Virus record (IMG/VR): IMGVR_UViG_3300023100_000003
Coordinates: 1 to 64,000 of that record
Direction: 5' to 3' (one strand)
Length of the DNA stretch: 64,000 nt
Source: a virus
Lineage: Duplodnaviria > Caudoviricetes
Positions 19,878-28,992 of this stretch are shown here, piece after piece. Both the position numbers and the translations under genes were made by a program. Position 1 is the first letter of the stretch; each line of letters starts with the position of its first letter. Under the pieces are notes generated by a model. That model was not told the origin of the DNA, made no database searches, and was given only the letters and a program-made list of their open reading frames with translations.

Positions 19878-20150
19878 TATGGACTACCTCGGTTTTTTAT
19901 TCTCATTATTTACTCGCTCTTGTTCAAGTGCTTGGTGAACATCTATAATCTCAATGTAATCTCTAAGATCTTTAACTGACCTTACTGTTTTTAATTCACC
20001 AAGAGTAGCTAGGTTAAGCTCCGAAGTGACTACTTTAAAAATATCCAAGTCCATTGAGAACTCATCAGCTATTTGTTTCTGTAGTCTACTAGGTCTCTTA
20101 CTCGGTTCAGCTGAGATTACTGTGGACCCGAACCGAGTAGTTGAAAAAGG
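19877..20150 (-). CDS. Tail assembly chaperone -1 frameshift extension (gpGT-like; absent from ORF track)
   Basis: Slippery C-CTT-TTT at 20144-20150; the -1 frame is open (FSTTRFGSTVISAEPSKRPSRLQKQIADEFSMD...RGSP*) and its stop overlaps the TMP ATG (TAATG). Confidence 0.7.
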
Positions 20151-20533
20151 TCAGAAAAGTTAAACATCACCAGTTCAACGATTAATGCAAATAAAACACC
20201 ATAATTACCAGCAAAGTCATTCTCGAAGTTAATCGCTACACGACCTTCTTTCATAGCACCTTTCATTACTAATTCTTTAAGGAAAGCTGGATCTACTTGA
20301 TCAATGTTTTCCATGAACTTTTCAATAGCTAATACTTCTAGATTACTGCCACCATCTTTATTACCAGCAGCGGCAATCAATGCAGAGAAGGAAGGTTGGA
20401 GAATCTTAATCAATTGACGTTGATACTTAATACCACTAAAAGCGTCATACTGAACAATTACAAATTTCTGATCACCTTTAGCACTAGGTAATGTAATTTC
20501 TTTCTCTTCTCTACTACTTGTTAATACACTCAT
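20117..20533 (-). CDS. Tail assembly chaperone (gpG-like)
   Basis: Between tube genes and TMP; FENDFAGNYG...FNFSDLF C-terminus. Confidence 0.75.
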   Translation of the reverse strand: MSVLTSSREEKEITLPSAKGDQKFVIVQYDAFSGIKYQRQLIKILQPSFSALIAAAGNKDGGSNLEVLAIEKFMENIDQVDPAFLKELVMKGAMKEGRVAINFENDFAGNYGVLFALIVELVMFNFSDLFQLLGSGPQ

Positions 20534-21024
20534 TATGAACCTACGTTAAATATACTATCTAAGAGCGCTGTGGAAGGTCTAAGGTTTCCACCTACTCTGA
20601 ATATGTTTGTTGTTAAGCAACGGATTGTCCAAACTCTATCTGAGAAATCTTGAGAGAATTCTAAGGCTGGATATCCTGCAATGTAAGCATCCTCTGATTG
20701 GAATGCACTTGTTCCACTTCTGTCTTTAAGTGTTATTACTAATCTTGCGTTATCTGTTGTAGCAGTCTCATCTGTATCATTATCTAATGTATCTTGTCTG
20801 TGTATCTCCGAGAGAATGTCATGTGTCTCTGAAGTCTGAAGAACATTTAGTGTGATAGTTGCTGCCTTGTCATAATTTCTAACGCGAGTATTTTTTCCAC
20901 GGATACCAGATATTTGTGTGTAACTATCTCTGTCTCTTTTAATAGAGATCTTTTCCCATGCTGTAACCTGATAACCATCTATAAATAGATCTACATCAGA
21001 AGGGCTATATGTATTTATTGTCAA
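20533..21024 (-). CDS. Tail tube-like protein (paralogue 3)
   Basis: TYSPSDV...ITLNVLQTS...RVWTI; aligns by eye with the two upstream genes. Confidence 0.65.
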   Translation of the reverse strand: MTINTYSPSDVDLFIDGYQVTAWEKISIKRDRDSYTQISGIRGKNTRVRNYDKAATITLNVLQTSETHDILSEIHRQDTLDNDTDETATTDNARLVITLKDRSGTSAFQSEDAYIAGYPALEFSQDFSDRVWTIRCLTTNIFRVGGNLRPSTALLDSIFNVGS

Positions 21025-21533
21025 TTTAAATCCCCAATATAATCTCCTAATACAGGAGCAGCGGATAAAACTGTTTTAAGCAGATCGTCGTACAAATTAT
21101 CTGAACCTCCGTTACCACCTACATGGTTAACGCAATTAATAGCTCTGATATTCCATGTACGAGGTTCCATACCTGTACCATAAGTTTGTGTAGCTACATT
21201 CTCAATCCAAGCTGTTGGAGAGAATAATAATGAACTACCTTTGGCATCTTTTAATAATAAGGGGAAATAACCTAATTGAGTTATCTCATCTAACTGTTGA
21301 ATTCTTGTAAGAACATCATTCGATTCACTAGACTGAGCTAATGTGAATTTAATTGTGTATGTCCTATCTTTTATGTAAAGCCTTGAAGTTGTTCCATCAG
21401 GAGATCGTCTAGCTTGGTATGGGGGAAGATCTTTGTTTACTTCCAAGAATGTACCAGCAACATAACCACCTACATTTAAAACTCCTCCGATTACGACAAT
21501 AATATCCGCAGGACTGTAAATACTTAATGCCAT
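21021..21533 (-). CDS. Tail tube-like protein (paralogue 2)
   Basis: IYSPADI...FTLAQSSESNDVL...RTWNI. Confidence 0.65.
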   Translation of the reverse strand: MALSIYSPADIIVVIGGVLNVGGYVAGTFLEVNKDLPPYQARRSPDGTTSRLYIKDRTYTIKFTLAQSSESNDVLTRIQQLDEITQLGYFPLLLKDAKGSSLLFSPTAWIENVATQTYGTGMEPRTWNIRAINCVNHVGGNGGSDNLYDDLLKTVLSAAPVLGDYIGDLN

Positions 21534-21547
21534 AATTATCTCTTATA

Positions 21548-21570
21548 ATAAAGGGCTGCTTTCACAGCCC
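21548..21570 (-). terminator. Intrinsic terminator after the major tail tube gene
   Basis: GGGCTG-TGAAAG-CAGCCC followed by TTTATT on the - strand. Confidence 0.6.
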
Positions 21571-21581
21571 AATGTATTTAC

Positions 21582-22106
21582 TTAGTTTGAAGCCCAACGA
21601 TCTTCTACAGTGACACCAAGAAGTTCTACAGCTGCTTGATCAGCAGGAGAGAATCTAGCATTACCACCACTGTTCTGACGCATATCAGGACACAACAAAG
21701 TCCAATCTCTATTTTGCATTGAGTTAGCATAAGAAGCATTAGGACGTTTACCAATGAATGCTTGAGCACACTCATACATACTACGACCATTCAAATCTTT
21801 AATCATTACACTAAACAATTTAGAAGCATTCTTACTTTGTCTCATTTCTTCATACAATGCAGAGAAGATATCATTGCTTGCTGAAGTTTGATTTAAAGTA
21901 ATCATCACTGTAGCTGAGTTGTTTGAGTTAAACAATAATGTTGATTTATTATCTGCTGATGTATAAAGAGTTAATGCTTCAGCTGAAGGCTCAACACTAA
22001 TCATTGCATCTTCTGAGTAGCCACCAACAACATGGGAGAAACCATCTGCTCGTGTAAGTACTACAGTAATCTCGTTAGGAGAATATATATTTAAATTATC
22101 TGACAT
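21582..22106 (-). CDS. Major tail tube protein (DUF3277-like)
   Basis: Directly after the sheath; IYSPNEI...ITLNQTSASND...RDWTL; followed by a terminator. Confidence 0.8.
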   Translation of the reverse strand: MSDNLNIYSPNEITVVLTRADGFSHVVGGYSEDAMISVEPSAEALTLYTSADNKSTLLFNSNNSATVMITLNQTSASNDIFSALYEEMRQSKNASKLFSVMIKDLNGRSMYECAQAFIGKRPNASYANSMQNRDWTLLCPDMRQNSGGNARFSPADQAAVELLGVTVEDRWASN

Positions 22107-22126
22107 TTTATTAGTTCACCTATTTA

Positions 22127-23419
22127 TTAAATTACTACAGTACCGTCAATCTGAATCTCTACAATACCGATAACCATACGAGCTTTGAACTTAATACCAG
22201 TTACGATACCTTGTGCTCTTAAGTTAGGATCAATGTCTAGAATATCAGGGACGTATACATAAGGTGCTGGGTTAGAAGCGAATGCAGTGTTACGTACACC
22301 TTCTTGCAATACTGAATAAATATCAGATTGAATTACTGCAAGACCGGGATTATCACTTGGTAATTTCAAACTATTCACTAAACGGAAGAACAAACGTTCT
22401 TGGATACGTGATTTAGTCCAATCAACAATCATTGTTTCTTCAATGAAACTATTGTTTACCAACTTACCTTTCTTAGTTACAGGTACGTTAGCAATTACAA
22501 TGTAGTAGTTACCATTTTTACTTTCAATGTTAGCAATTTCATCATCACTAAGAACATCAACAGTAACACCTTGAAGAGTTGCATAACTCCATTGAGCAGT
22601 ACCAGCAACAGGTGGTAAACGATCACCCATCCAAGCAGCTTCAGGATATTGTGTATCAGCATTAGCAGACCACAGTAAGAATACACGAGAGTAATTCAAA
22701 GCTTTAAGCTGAGAAAGAATATCTGTTGTAGCACTTGTTTTAATAGCAGCAGATGAAGAAGATACTCCGTACAATACGTTAGAAGCATTTGCCCAAGCTG
22801 CGATAGCAAGGATAGATGAGTCAGTATGGTCTTCAGTGTTAAGGCCGTAGAAAGCACTAGAGGAAGCTTTAACAGCATCTAATGTAGTTGCCCAAGACTC
22901 TGTAGCAGAAACTAAAGTAACTGTAAGATTAGAAGAAGCTTTAAAGCTCCAAGCTGCACCAGCACTTGTAACAGCAACAGTGAATGATCCAGTGTTATCA
23001 GTGAGTGTAGTACCTACGTGAGAAGCAGCACCAAAAGCAGCTTCGATACCGTCAATAATAGTTTGTTGAGTAGCAGCAGCTTGTGCTGTATAGCTCATTG
23101 CAACACCATTAACAGTGATAGTATAAACATCACCAACAACAACACTTGCTACTGTAACGTTAACTGAGTCGATTTGACGACGACCAATAACTATCTTAGG
23201 AGGTCTACGCTCTTGTCCAAAGTATTTCTGAGCAGCTACGTAAGCACTAGAGCTAGAATTAAAATCAGCTGCTACAGCTTCTAGTGAAGTATATTCTTTA
23301 GTACGATTTGAAAAGGCGGTATGTGAGCTAACAAAGCAAGGGACATTAAAGGCAGCACGAGCTACAGCTGTAGTTTCTCTTGTGATGTTAACCTGAACGG
23401 TTTGATCTAATTGTGACAT
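22127..23419 (-). CDS. Tail sheath protein (DUF3383-like)
   Basis: AAQKYFGQ...IVIGR, YPEAAWMG and NGNYY motifs; synteny. Confidence 0.85.
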   Translation of the reverse strand: MSQLDQTVQVNITRETTAVARAAFNVPCFVSSHTAFSNRTKEYTSLEAVAADFNSSSSAYVAAQKYFGQERRPPKIVIGRRQIDSVNVTVASVVVGDVYTITVNGVAMSYTAQAAATQQTIIDGIEAAFGAASHVGTTLTDNTGSFTVAVTSAGAAWSFKASSNLTVTLVSATESWATTLDAVKASSSAFYGLNTEDHTDSSILAIAAWANASNVLYGVSSSSAAIKTSATTDILSQLKALNYSRVFLLWSANADTQYPEAAWMGDRLPPVAGTAQWSYATLQGVTVDVLSDDEIANIESKNGNYYIVIANVPVTKKGKLVNNSFIEETMIVDWTKSRIQERLFFRLVNSLKLPSDNPGLAVIQSDIYSVLQEGVRNTAFASNPAPYVYVPDILDIDPNLRAQGIVTGIKFKARMVIGIVEIQIDGTVVI

Positions 23420-23458
23420 TTATTTTTCCTGTTCGGATAATTAAATTTGTGATTGTTT

Positions 23459-23992
23459 TTATGGTATTACTACATCAGGAGGAACTGTGTATACGGTGCC
23501 CGTTATGTCATCTGTTATTTCAGCAGTGACAATAGGAATCATTGATTGTCTTGTTTCTACAGAGTAAGTGAAGGTAACATCGACAAGATGATAATGAACC
23601 CAAGTGGATTCTCTTTTACTGGGGACATATCTGCTAGGACTTGCAGAAGATCTTGAGAGTTTATTCTTTCTGAATATCTCTCTTGTAGGAGGAGCACTTA
23701 ATGCTTGTATAAAGGTTTTAACCATATCCCCAGATACATACATCTCTCTGGAAACAAAACTAAATTGAATTAATACTTCATAGTTAGCTCTGGTAATATT
23801 TATATTTGAGCTGCTAAGTTGGGTATCATGATAACTTAAACCTATCTGTGTATCTCTGATTACACTAAAAGCTACATAAGGACCATCAGGTTCATTTTCA
23901 CTTTGATTTGCAACTATAACTTTATTATCAGGGAAAATAGATTTAGTGGCTGTCATAACACTTTGCATTAATTGGGAGTAACTACTATCCAT
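23459..23992 (-). CDS. Tail terminator/neck protein
   Basis: VIVANQ...PDGPYV motif; immediately upstream of the sheath. Confidence 0.65.
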   Translation of the reverse strand: MDSSYSQLMQSVMTATKSIFPDNKVIVANQSENEPDGPYVAFSVIRDTQIGLSYHDTQLSSSNINITRANYEVLIQFSFVSREMYVSGDMVKTFIQALSAPPTREIFRKNKLSRSSASPSRYVPSKRESTWVHYHLVDVTFTYSVETRQSMIPIVTAEITDDITGTVYTVPPDVVIP

Positions 23993-24386
23993 CTAATTTC
24001 TCCCAAGGTGTTGGACTATCTAATGCTGCATGAGCGTGATAATGATCTAACACACCCATTGTCCAAACTTTAACATCCATTACTTTATAAACTTTATTTC
24101 GATAGATAAAGACATCAGCTTCGATACCTGAATCACCATCTTCAGCTTTCTTAATCTCATTTTCTGACCAAACATTTAACCATTCTTTAGTTCTATCTGC
24201 TTCAGATAACAACATTGTCTGCGAGAACTTAAAGGGTTGTACGTTAGCTTCTATCTCAACTATCTTTTTAGGGGAGGGTTCCCATAGTCCTGTGATATCA
24301 CTATGCTCACCTCCACCTTGAGATCTTCTTATTTGTAATTTTACTTTACCTGTTAAAGAGAAGAACTTGCTAGTACGTCTAGGCAT
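23985..24386 (-). CDS. Head closure/stopper protein
   Basis: IEANVQP...ADVFIYRNKVYKV...HYHA; neck synteny. Confidence 0.6.
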   Translation of the reverse strand: MPRRTSKFFSLTGKVKLQIRRSQGGGEHSDITGLWEPSPKKIVEIEANVQPFKFSQTMLLSEADRTKEWLNVWSENEIKKAEDGDSGIEADVFIYRNKVYKVMDVKVWTMGVLDHYHAHAALDSPTPWEKLDG

Positions 24387-24886
24387 TACTGTGTTCCTCT
24401 TCTATTGACTATTTTATATTTAACAGACTCTTTCATTTTTCCAGTAAAATTCAATGGAGGTATATATTGACCCATGTACTTTCTTTTCTCATCGGCCCAT
24501 CTTTGTGAGTTGGCTTTAAACATGTCGCCATGTTCAATAATATCTTGTAACTCCATTTCTAAACCTATGCCTAGTTTCTTACAACCAGCATGAGGAGTAA
24601 GTTGACTATCCATTACTTGTTGGATCATCTTTCCCATAGGTCTTTTATATTTATTACTGGTTACTCTGGAAGCAAATTCCATAGTGAAGAAAGGTCTAGG
24701 TGGAGCAAAAGATACCCCAGCTTTATGTCCATCATTTTGCCATTGAGCTACTTGAGCTACTGGTAAGTTATCATTATCATCTCCATATTTATCATCGAAG
24801 AATCCTACATTAACTTCTTTACTAGCTAGCTTGTGCATATTCGCTAATAGCTTATCTAAATTCTTAGTTTTCTCTTCCCAATGCAT
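24386..24886 (-). CDS. Neck/tail completion protein
   Basis: VNVGFF, PPRPFF and PLNFTGKMKESV motifs. Confidence 0.65.
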   Translation of the reverse strand: MHWEEKTKNLDKLLANMHKLASKEVNVGFFDDKYGDDNDNLPVAQVAQWQNDGHKAGVSFAPPRPFFTMEFASRVTSNKYKRPMGKMIQQVMDSQLTPHAGCKKLGIGLEMELQDIIEHGDMFKANSQRWADEKRKYMGQYIPPLNFTGKMKESVKYKIVNRRGTQ

Positions 24887-24889
24887 TAT

Positions 24890-25342
24890 CTACTCCTGTA
24901 CTATTACTGGTACTGGACTGCAATAAGGAAAATAATCATCTACGTTTCTTACTGAATTAACATTGTTAGGTAAACTAGTACCAGCCAAATTGTTATCTCT
25001 ATTTGTATTGTATATAGCTGCATCAGATCTTGTTAATCCAGCAGCGTAAGGCATAATACCGCCTAAATATGTTTGAGGATTCTTTATAAACATCATCAAA
25101 GCTTCTTTGTATGCTTTGAAAGGATCAGTTGTATAAACCTCTTCTTCTCCAGTTCTTTCTCTGTAAACACTTGGATTAGATGCTAAGTAAAATAAAATAC
25201 AAGTAGCAACTTGAACTGAAGTCTTACGGATGTTATCACCGTACTCTTCTAGAAATGATTCTATTTCATCATCAGAGACAAAATATGGCTCCACTCTATC
25301 TCCAACATTTAATCTAACCTTTTCAATATTTGTGAGAGCCAT
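24890..25342 (-). CDS. Head-tail adaptor protein
   Basis: VRLNVGD...SDDEIESFL motif; likely start MALTN at 25342. Confidence 0.65.
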   Translation of the reverse strand: MALTNIEKVRLNVGDRVEPYFVSDDEIESFLEEYGDNIRKTSVQVATCILFYLASNPSVYRERTGEEEVYTTDPFKAYKEALMMFIKNPQTYLGGIMPYAAGLTRSDAAIYNTNRDNNLAGTSLPNNVNSVRNVDDYFPYCSPVPVIVQE

Positions 25343-25372
25343 AAAACACAACCTTATTATTTATTTTTCTTA

Positions 25373-25954
25373 TTACTTATCAGCAATGATATTCCATGCT
25401 AATGTGATAGTACCGCTTACAGTAATTGAAGCGTTTGCTGTAGAACCAGTAGCATCAACTACAAAGTTCAAATAAGCATCTTTAGCTGTTGCTGTACCAT
25501 CAAAGATAACAGCGTTTGCTGTAGCACTAACTTGACTAATTGCACCAGCACTAGCAACTAAAGTTACAGAACCAGATGGAACCAAATCAGCTTCAGTACC
25601 AGATAGTGTTAAATCTGCACCAGCCACCGCTGTACCAACAGATGCGATTACAGTAGATGTAGCAGCAATACCAGCACCAACTGCTGTTAAATTAATATTT
25701 GTAACACCACCACGGAAATCTAAAAGACCTTCAGGAAAGTCATAGATCTTTAAAGAACCTTGAGCACCAGCTGCACCAGCATCTACTGTAGGTACAGCTA
25801 CGTTAGTAAGAGTGATAATAGTTTTACCTAAACTCTCTACTACTGTAACGCCTGTACCAGCAGGAGTGCCTTTAGCACCTAGCAAGCGATCTAACGTCTT
25901 CCAAACACCATTACGGATGTCAGAACCGTTAATTGTTTTATTACCCCAAGCCAT
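25373..25954 (-). CDS. Putative virion structural protein
   Basis: A/G/T/V-rich beta protein right after the capsid gene. Confidence 0.45.
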   Translation of the reverse strand: MAWGNKTINGSDIRNGVWKTLDRLLGAKGTPAGTGVTVVESLGKTIITLTNVAVPTVDAGAAGAQGSLKIYDFPEGLLDFRGGVTNINLTAVGAGIAATSTVIASVGTAVAGADLTLSGTEADLVPSGSVTLVASAGAISQVSATANAVIFDGTATAKDAYLNFVVDATGSTANASITVSGTITLAWNIIADK

Positions 25955-25981
25955 TATTTATATCCTGTACTTGATAAGAGA

Positions 25982-26012
25982 TAGAGGGATAAGTCTTACA
26001 ACCTTCCCTCTG
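25982..26012 (-). terminator. Probable terminator/attenuator after the major capsid gene
   Basis: AGAGGGA...TCCCTCT stem immediately after the capsid stop; weak U tract. Confidence 0.45.
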
Positions 26013-26029
26013 TTAGTTATCATTAATTA

Positions 26030-27124
26030 TTAGGTCAATGACAATTGGATCAATGCTTGTGGACGACCCAAGAAGTTAACAAAGTTAGACTCAGCGTCAT
26101 AACGAATTTCTTGATTATCTGCATCAATTTTTACTGATTCCCAAACATACAGCTTCTCAGCAGTTTTGTTTTGGTATGCGAACTTACCAACAGCAGGAGC
26201 GAAGAAAGTTTTGAACATATCTTCAACACCAATTGGGAACAAGAATGCTTTACCAGCTGGGATAATTTGAGTACCGTCTGGTTTCTTACCACGATATTCA
26301 ACGAACACAATACCGTCGATTTCGATAGAACGGAAACGGATATCTACTGGCAAACCAGCAGCAGTAAGACGACGCTCTAAACGGCGATTACCGATAACAG
26401 CATTTTGTTTTTCGTTATCACTGTAGTAATCGTTAGTGATCAAAGCTTGGAAGTATTCAGGAGAACACACAGCCAACAAGTAATCAAAGTAACTACCAGT
26501 CAACAAACCATCTTGAACACCAGCAGTAGCAGCTTCCCAGTATTGACGTGGGTCAACAGCAGAAGAACCAAGAGGAGTTACGATAACAGTTTGAGCAACA
26601 CCGAACTCAGTGTACCAGTTGATAGTGTTGCCATAAGACTGAGCCAAAGTACCATCTGGAGCATACACAGTACCAGTGGTGATCAATTGAGCACGAGCAA
26701 TTTCTTTAGTACGGTTCAAAGAAGACTTCAAACGTTTCATTTTCTCATCACGGAGACGAGCGATTGATTCGAGGTTTACACCATCACCTTTGTTCCAATC
26801 AATAAAATCGATAATACCAGCAGTGTCACGAGGCATGATTGATTCACTTACTGGGAAGTGAGGAGTATCAAAGTTAAGAACACGGCGAGTGCCACGCTTC
26901 AATGAATCAGGACGTGCATCCCAGTTTTTATCACGGATGATAGATTGTACTTCATCATAGATTGGTACTACGATGTTTGTCTGTGTGCGAGGATCTTCTT
27001 CAAAAAGATTCAGATCTTCAAACAAGTACCACTCATTGGGGATGTTATAAAGAGCTTCTGTGTAATCTGAAACTTTATTGAAGTTATAATTCACTGCACC
27101 AGCAGGTAAAAGACCAATACCCAT
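26030..27124 (-). CDS. Major capsid protein (lambda gpE-like, HK97 fold)
   Basis: TPHFP, TKEIARAQ, NWYTEFG, AESNF...RPQAL; protease-decoration-capsid synteny; high-expression codon use. Confidence 0.9.
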   Translation of the reverse strand: MGIGLLPAGAVNYNFNKVSDYTEALYNIPNEWYLFEDLNLFEEDPRTQTNIVVPIYDEVQSIIRDKNWDARPDSLKRGTRRVLNFDTPHFPVSESIMPRDTAGIIDFIDWNKGDGVNLESIARLRDEKMKRLKSSLNRTKEIARAQLITTGTVYAPDGTLAQSYGNTINWYTEFGVAQTVIVTPLGSSAVDPRQYWEAATAGVQDGLLTGSYFDYLLAVCSPEYFQALITNDYYSDNEKQNAVIGNRRLERRLTAAGLPVDIRFRSIEIDGIVFVEYRGKKPDGTQIIPAGKAFLFPIGVEDMFKTFFAPAVGKFAYQNKTAEKLYVWESVKIDADNQEIRYDAESNFVNFLGRPQALIQLSLT

Positions 27125-27155
27125 ATTATTTATTCTCTTTTAAAATTAATTATTA

Positions 27156-27605
27156 TTAAAGGTCGGTAGCGAAGAAAATGCCTTGATTCTCAAGGAGCAA
27201 CTTCAAAGTAGCGATGTTTGCAGCGTTCAAACCAGCAGCAGTTAAAAGTGCATCTGGAAGAGTGCTACGAAGGATCAACTGACCACCGAAACCATTGGTA
27301 TAGGAGATAGCTGGGGTAGTAGCGAAACCTGAAGTAGGTGCAAGGAAAGATTCCTTAAACTCAAGACGATCACCAAATACAACAGCGAATTCGTTAGTAG
27401 TCACCAACTGACCAGAAGCACTTACTTTAGAATAAGGAGCATCTGGGTTAGTGCCTTTAGCACGGTAAACAACTTGACCTAATTTAACCAATTCACTAGC
27501 AGTAAGGTTAAGTAAGATCACTTTACGTTGAGTACGTACACAGTTTTTATCTTCTTCAAGTACCAAATCACTTTGACGATTGAAGGGGAGAGTAGTCATA
27601 GTCAT
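27156..27605 (-). CDS. Head decoration/stabilisation protein
   Basis: SDLVLEE...LLENQGI; lies between protease and capsid. Confidence 0.7.
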   Translation of the reverse strand: MTMTTLPFNRQSDLVLEEDKNCVRTQRKVILLNLTASELVKLGQVVYRAKGTNPDAPYSKVSASGQLVTTNEFAVVFGDRLEFKESFLAPTSGFATTPAISYTNGFGGQLILRSTLPDALLTAAGLNAANIATLKLLLENQGIFFATDL

Positions 27606-27624
27606 ATATTTTTATTCTCTATTC

Positions 27625-28992
27625 TTATTTGTTAAGATGTGGTTTATTTTTCTTTTGCCATTCAATATGGGCTTTCACTGGATCTGGCTTACCATGATCT
27701 ACTGCTTCACCTTCGCCACCAATCTCATTAAAAGATGCACTGGCTAGAGTTTGGGCTTTAGCTGATTCATATCCTGCAATAGCAAGAGAGAATACTGCTT
27801 CTGATGTGTCAGCAAGAGTAGCTAATACTTCTTCTACTTTATCTGCTGGGAGTACATCGGTTAATTTAGCTTTACGTTCTGCAAGTTTTGCATCAGCTTG
27901 AGCTTTCTCTAGAGCTTCTTTATCAGCTTCTAATTTAGCTTGTGCTTCTTCAAATACAGACAGTTTGGTTTTTAATTCAGTGAGTGAGGCTTCTAGTGTT
28001 GCTACAGTACCTTCGAGAGCTGATTTAGCTTCTAGTTCTGATGTCAACTTAACTTGAAGATCTGACAACTCAGCTTTTGCTTGATCGAGTTCTTGCATCT
28101 CTACCTTTTCCTGTTCGGAATTGAGTTTAAGTTTTTTCATGTTAAACATGGGGGTCTCTTGTTTTTTCTGAACATAGTCAGCTAAATATGTGGAGAACTC
28201 TTCGTGAGTCATCACACTATCAATTAAACCAAGCTCCAATGCATCCTTAGCTAAGTAAGTAGCAGCTTCAGTTGACTTAATTGCCTCTACGGACATTTCA
28301 CGGTTAGCCGCTACATGATTCGTAAATTCTTCGTATAGAGCATCCACTTTTGCTTGGATATCATCTACAAATTCTTTTCTCCAACTACCATCTGCTTTGT
28401 AAGGAATTTTATTCTTACCTGCATAGATGTAAGTATCTTCAACACCAGCTTCTTGCATTGCTTTATTTACATTACGTAAACGAACTACAACACCAACAGA
28501 ACCAACTTCTGACATTGGGTTAGCAATGATTTCATCAGCTTGAGAAGTGATACCGTAAGCAGCAGAAGCAGAATAACCATCAACATAAGCAATGATTTTA
28601 ATTCCTTTAGCGTCTGCAATCTTACGTAAAGTGTCGCCAGTCTCCATCATGGAATATGCCTCGCCTCCACCGCTCGATACGTCTAATAAGAAAGTCTTAG
28701 CACCGGCTTCAGCAAATGCTTCTGCTTGATCTAAAATCATTTCATATGAAGTACCATAACCATATCGGTGATACCACTCAGTACGGTATTCCAAAGAACC
28801 CTGAATTGGGATAACACCAATTTTTGTATCAGGGTTATAGTTAGCAAGTTCAGAGGAAGAATCTTCTGTTACTAAAGAAGCGAGATATTCTGGAGTTGGG
28901 TTAGACTTTAAAAACTCTACAAAATTAACAAAGGCTTGCTCTGTCATCAGGTGTGGAGTGTTATCTAATTTATCTTTAAATTTATTAGTCAT
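27625..28992 (-). CDS. S49 (SppA-like) prohead protease with C-terminal scaffold
   Basis: SSGGGE, SASAAY, VGSVGV and GKNK motifs; C-terminal E/K/A-rich coiled coil. Confidence 0.88.
   Translation of the reverse strand: MTNKFKDKLDNTPHLMTEQAFVNFVEFLKSNPTPEYLASLVTEDSSSELANYNPDTKIGVIPIQGSLEYRTEWYHRYGYGTSYEMILDQAEAFAEAGAKTFLLDVSSGGGEAYSMMETGDTLRKIADAKGIKIIAYVDGYSASAAYGITSQADEIIANPMSEVGSVGVVVRLRNVNKAMQEAGVEDTYIYAGKNKIPYKADGSWRKEFVDDIQAKVDALYEEFTNHVAANREMSVEAIKSTEAATYLAKDALELGLIDSVMTHEEFSTYLADYVQKKQETPMFNMKKLKLNSEQEKVEMQELDQAKAELSDLQVKLTSELEAKSALEGTVATLEASLTELKTKLSVFEEAQAKLEADKEALEKAQADAKLAERKAKLTDVLPADKVEEVLATLADTSEAVFSLAIAGYESAKAQTLASASFNEIGGEGEAVDHGKPDPVKAHIEWQKKNKPHLNK

Noticed and set aside
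25953-25962. T4-type late promoter TATAAATA
   Set aside because: It sits directly against the start codon and matches the AU-rich AATAAATAATG translation-leader pattern seen before other late genes; no recurrent late promoter could be defined by eye.
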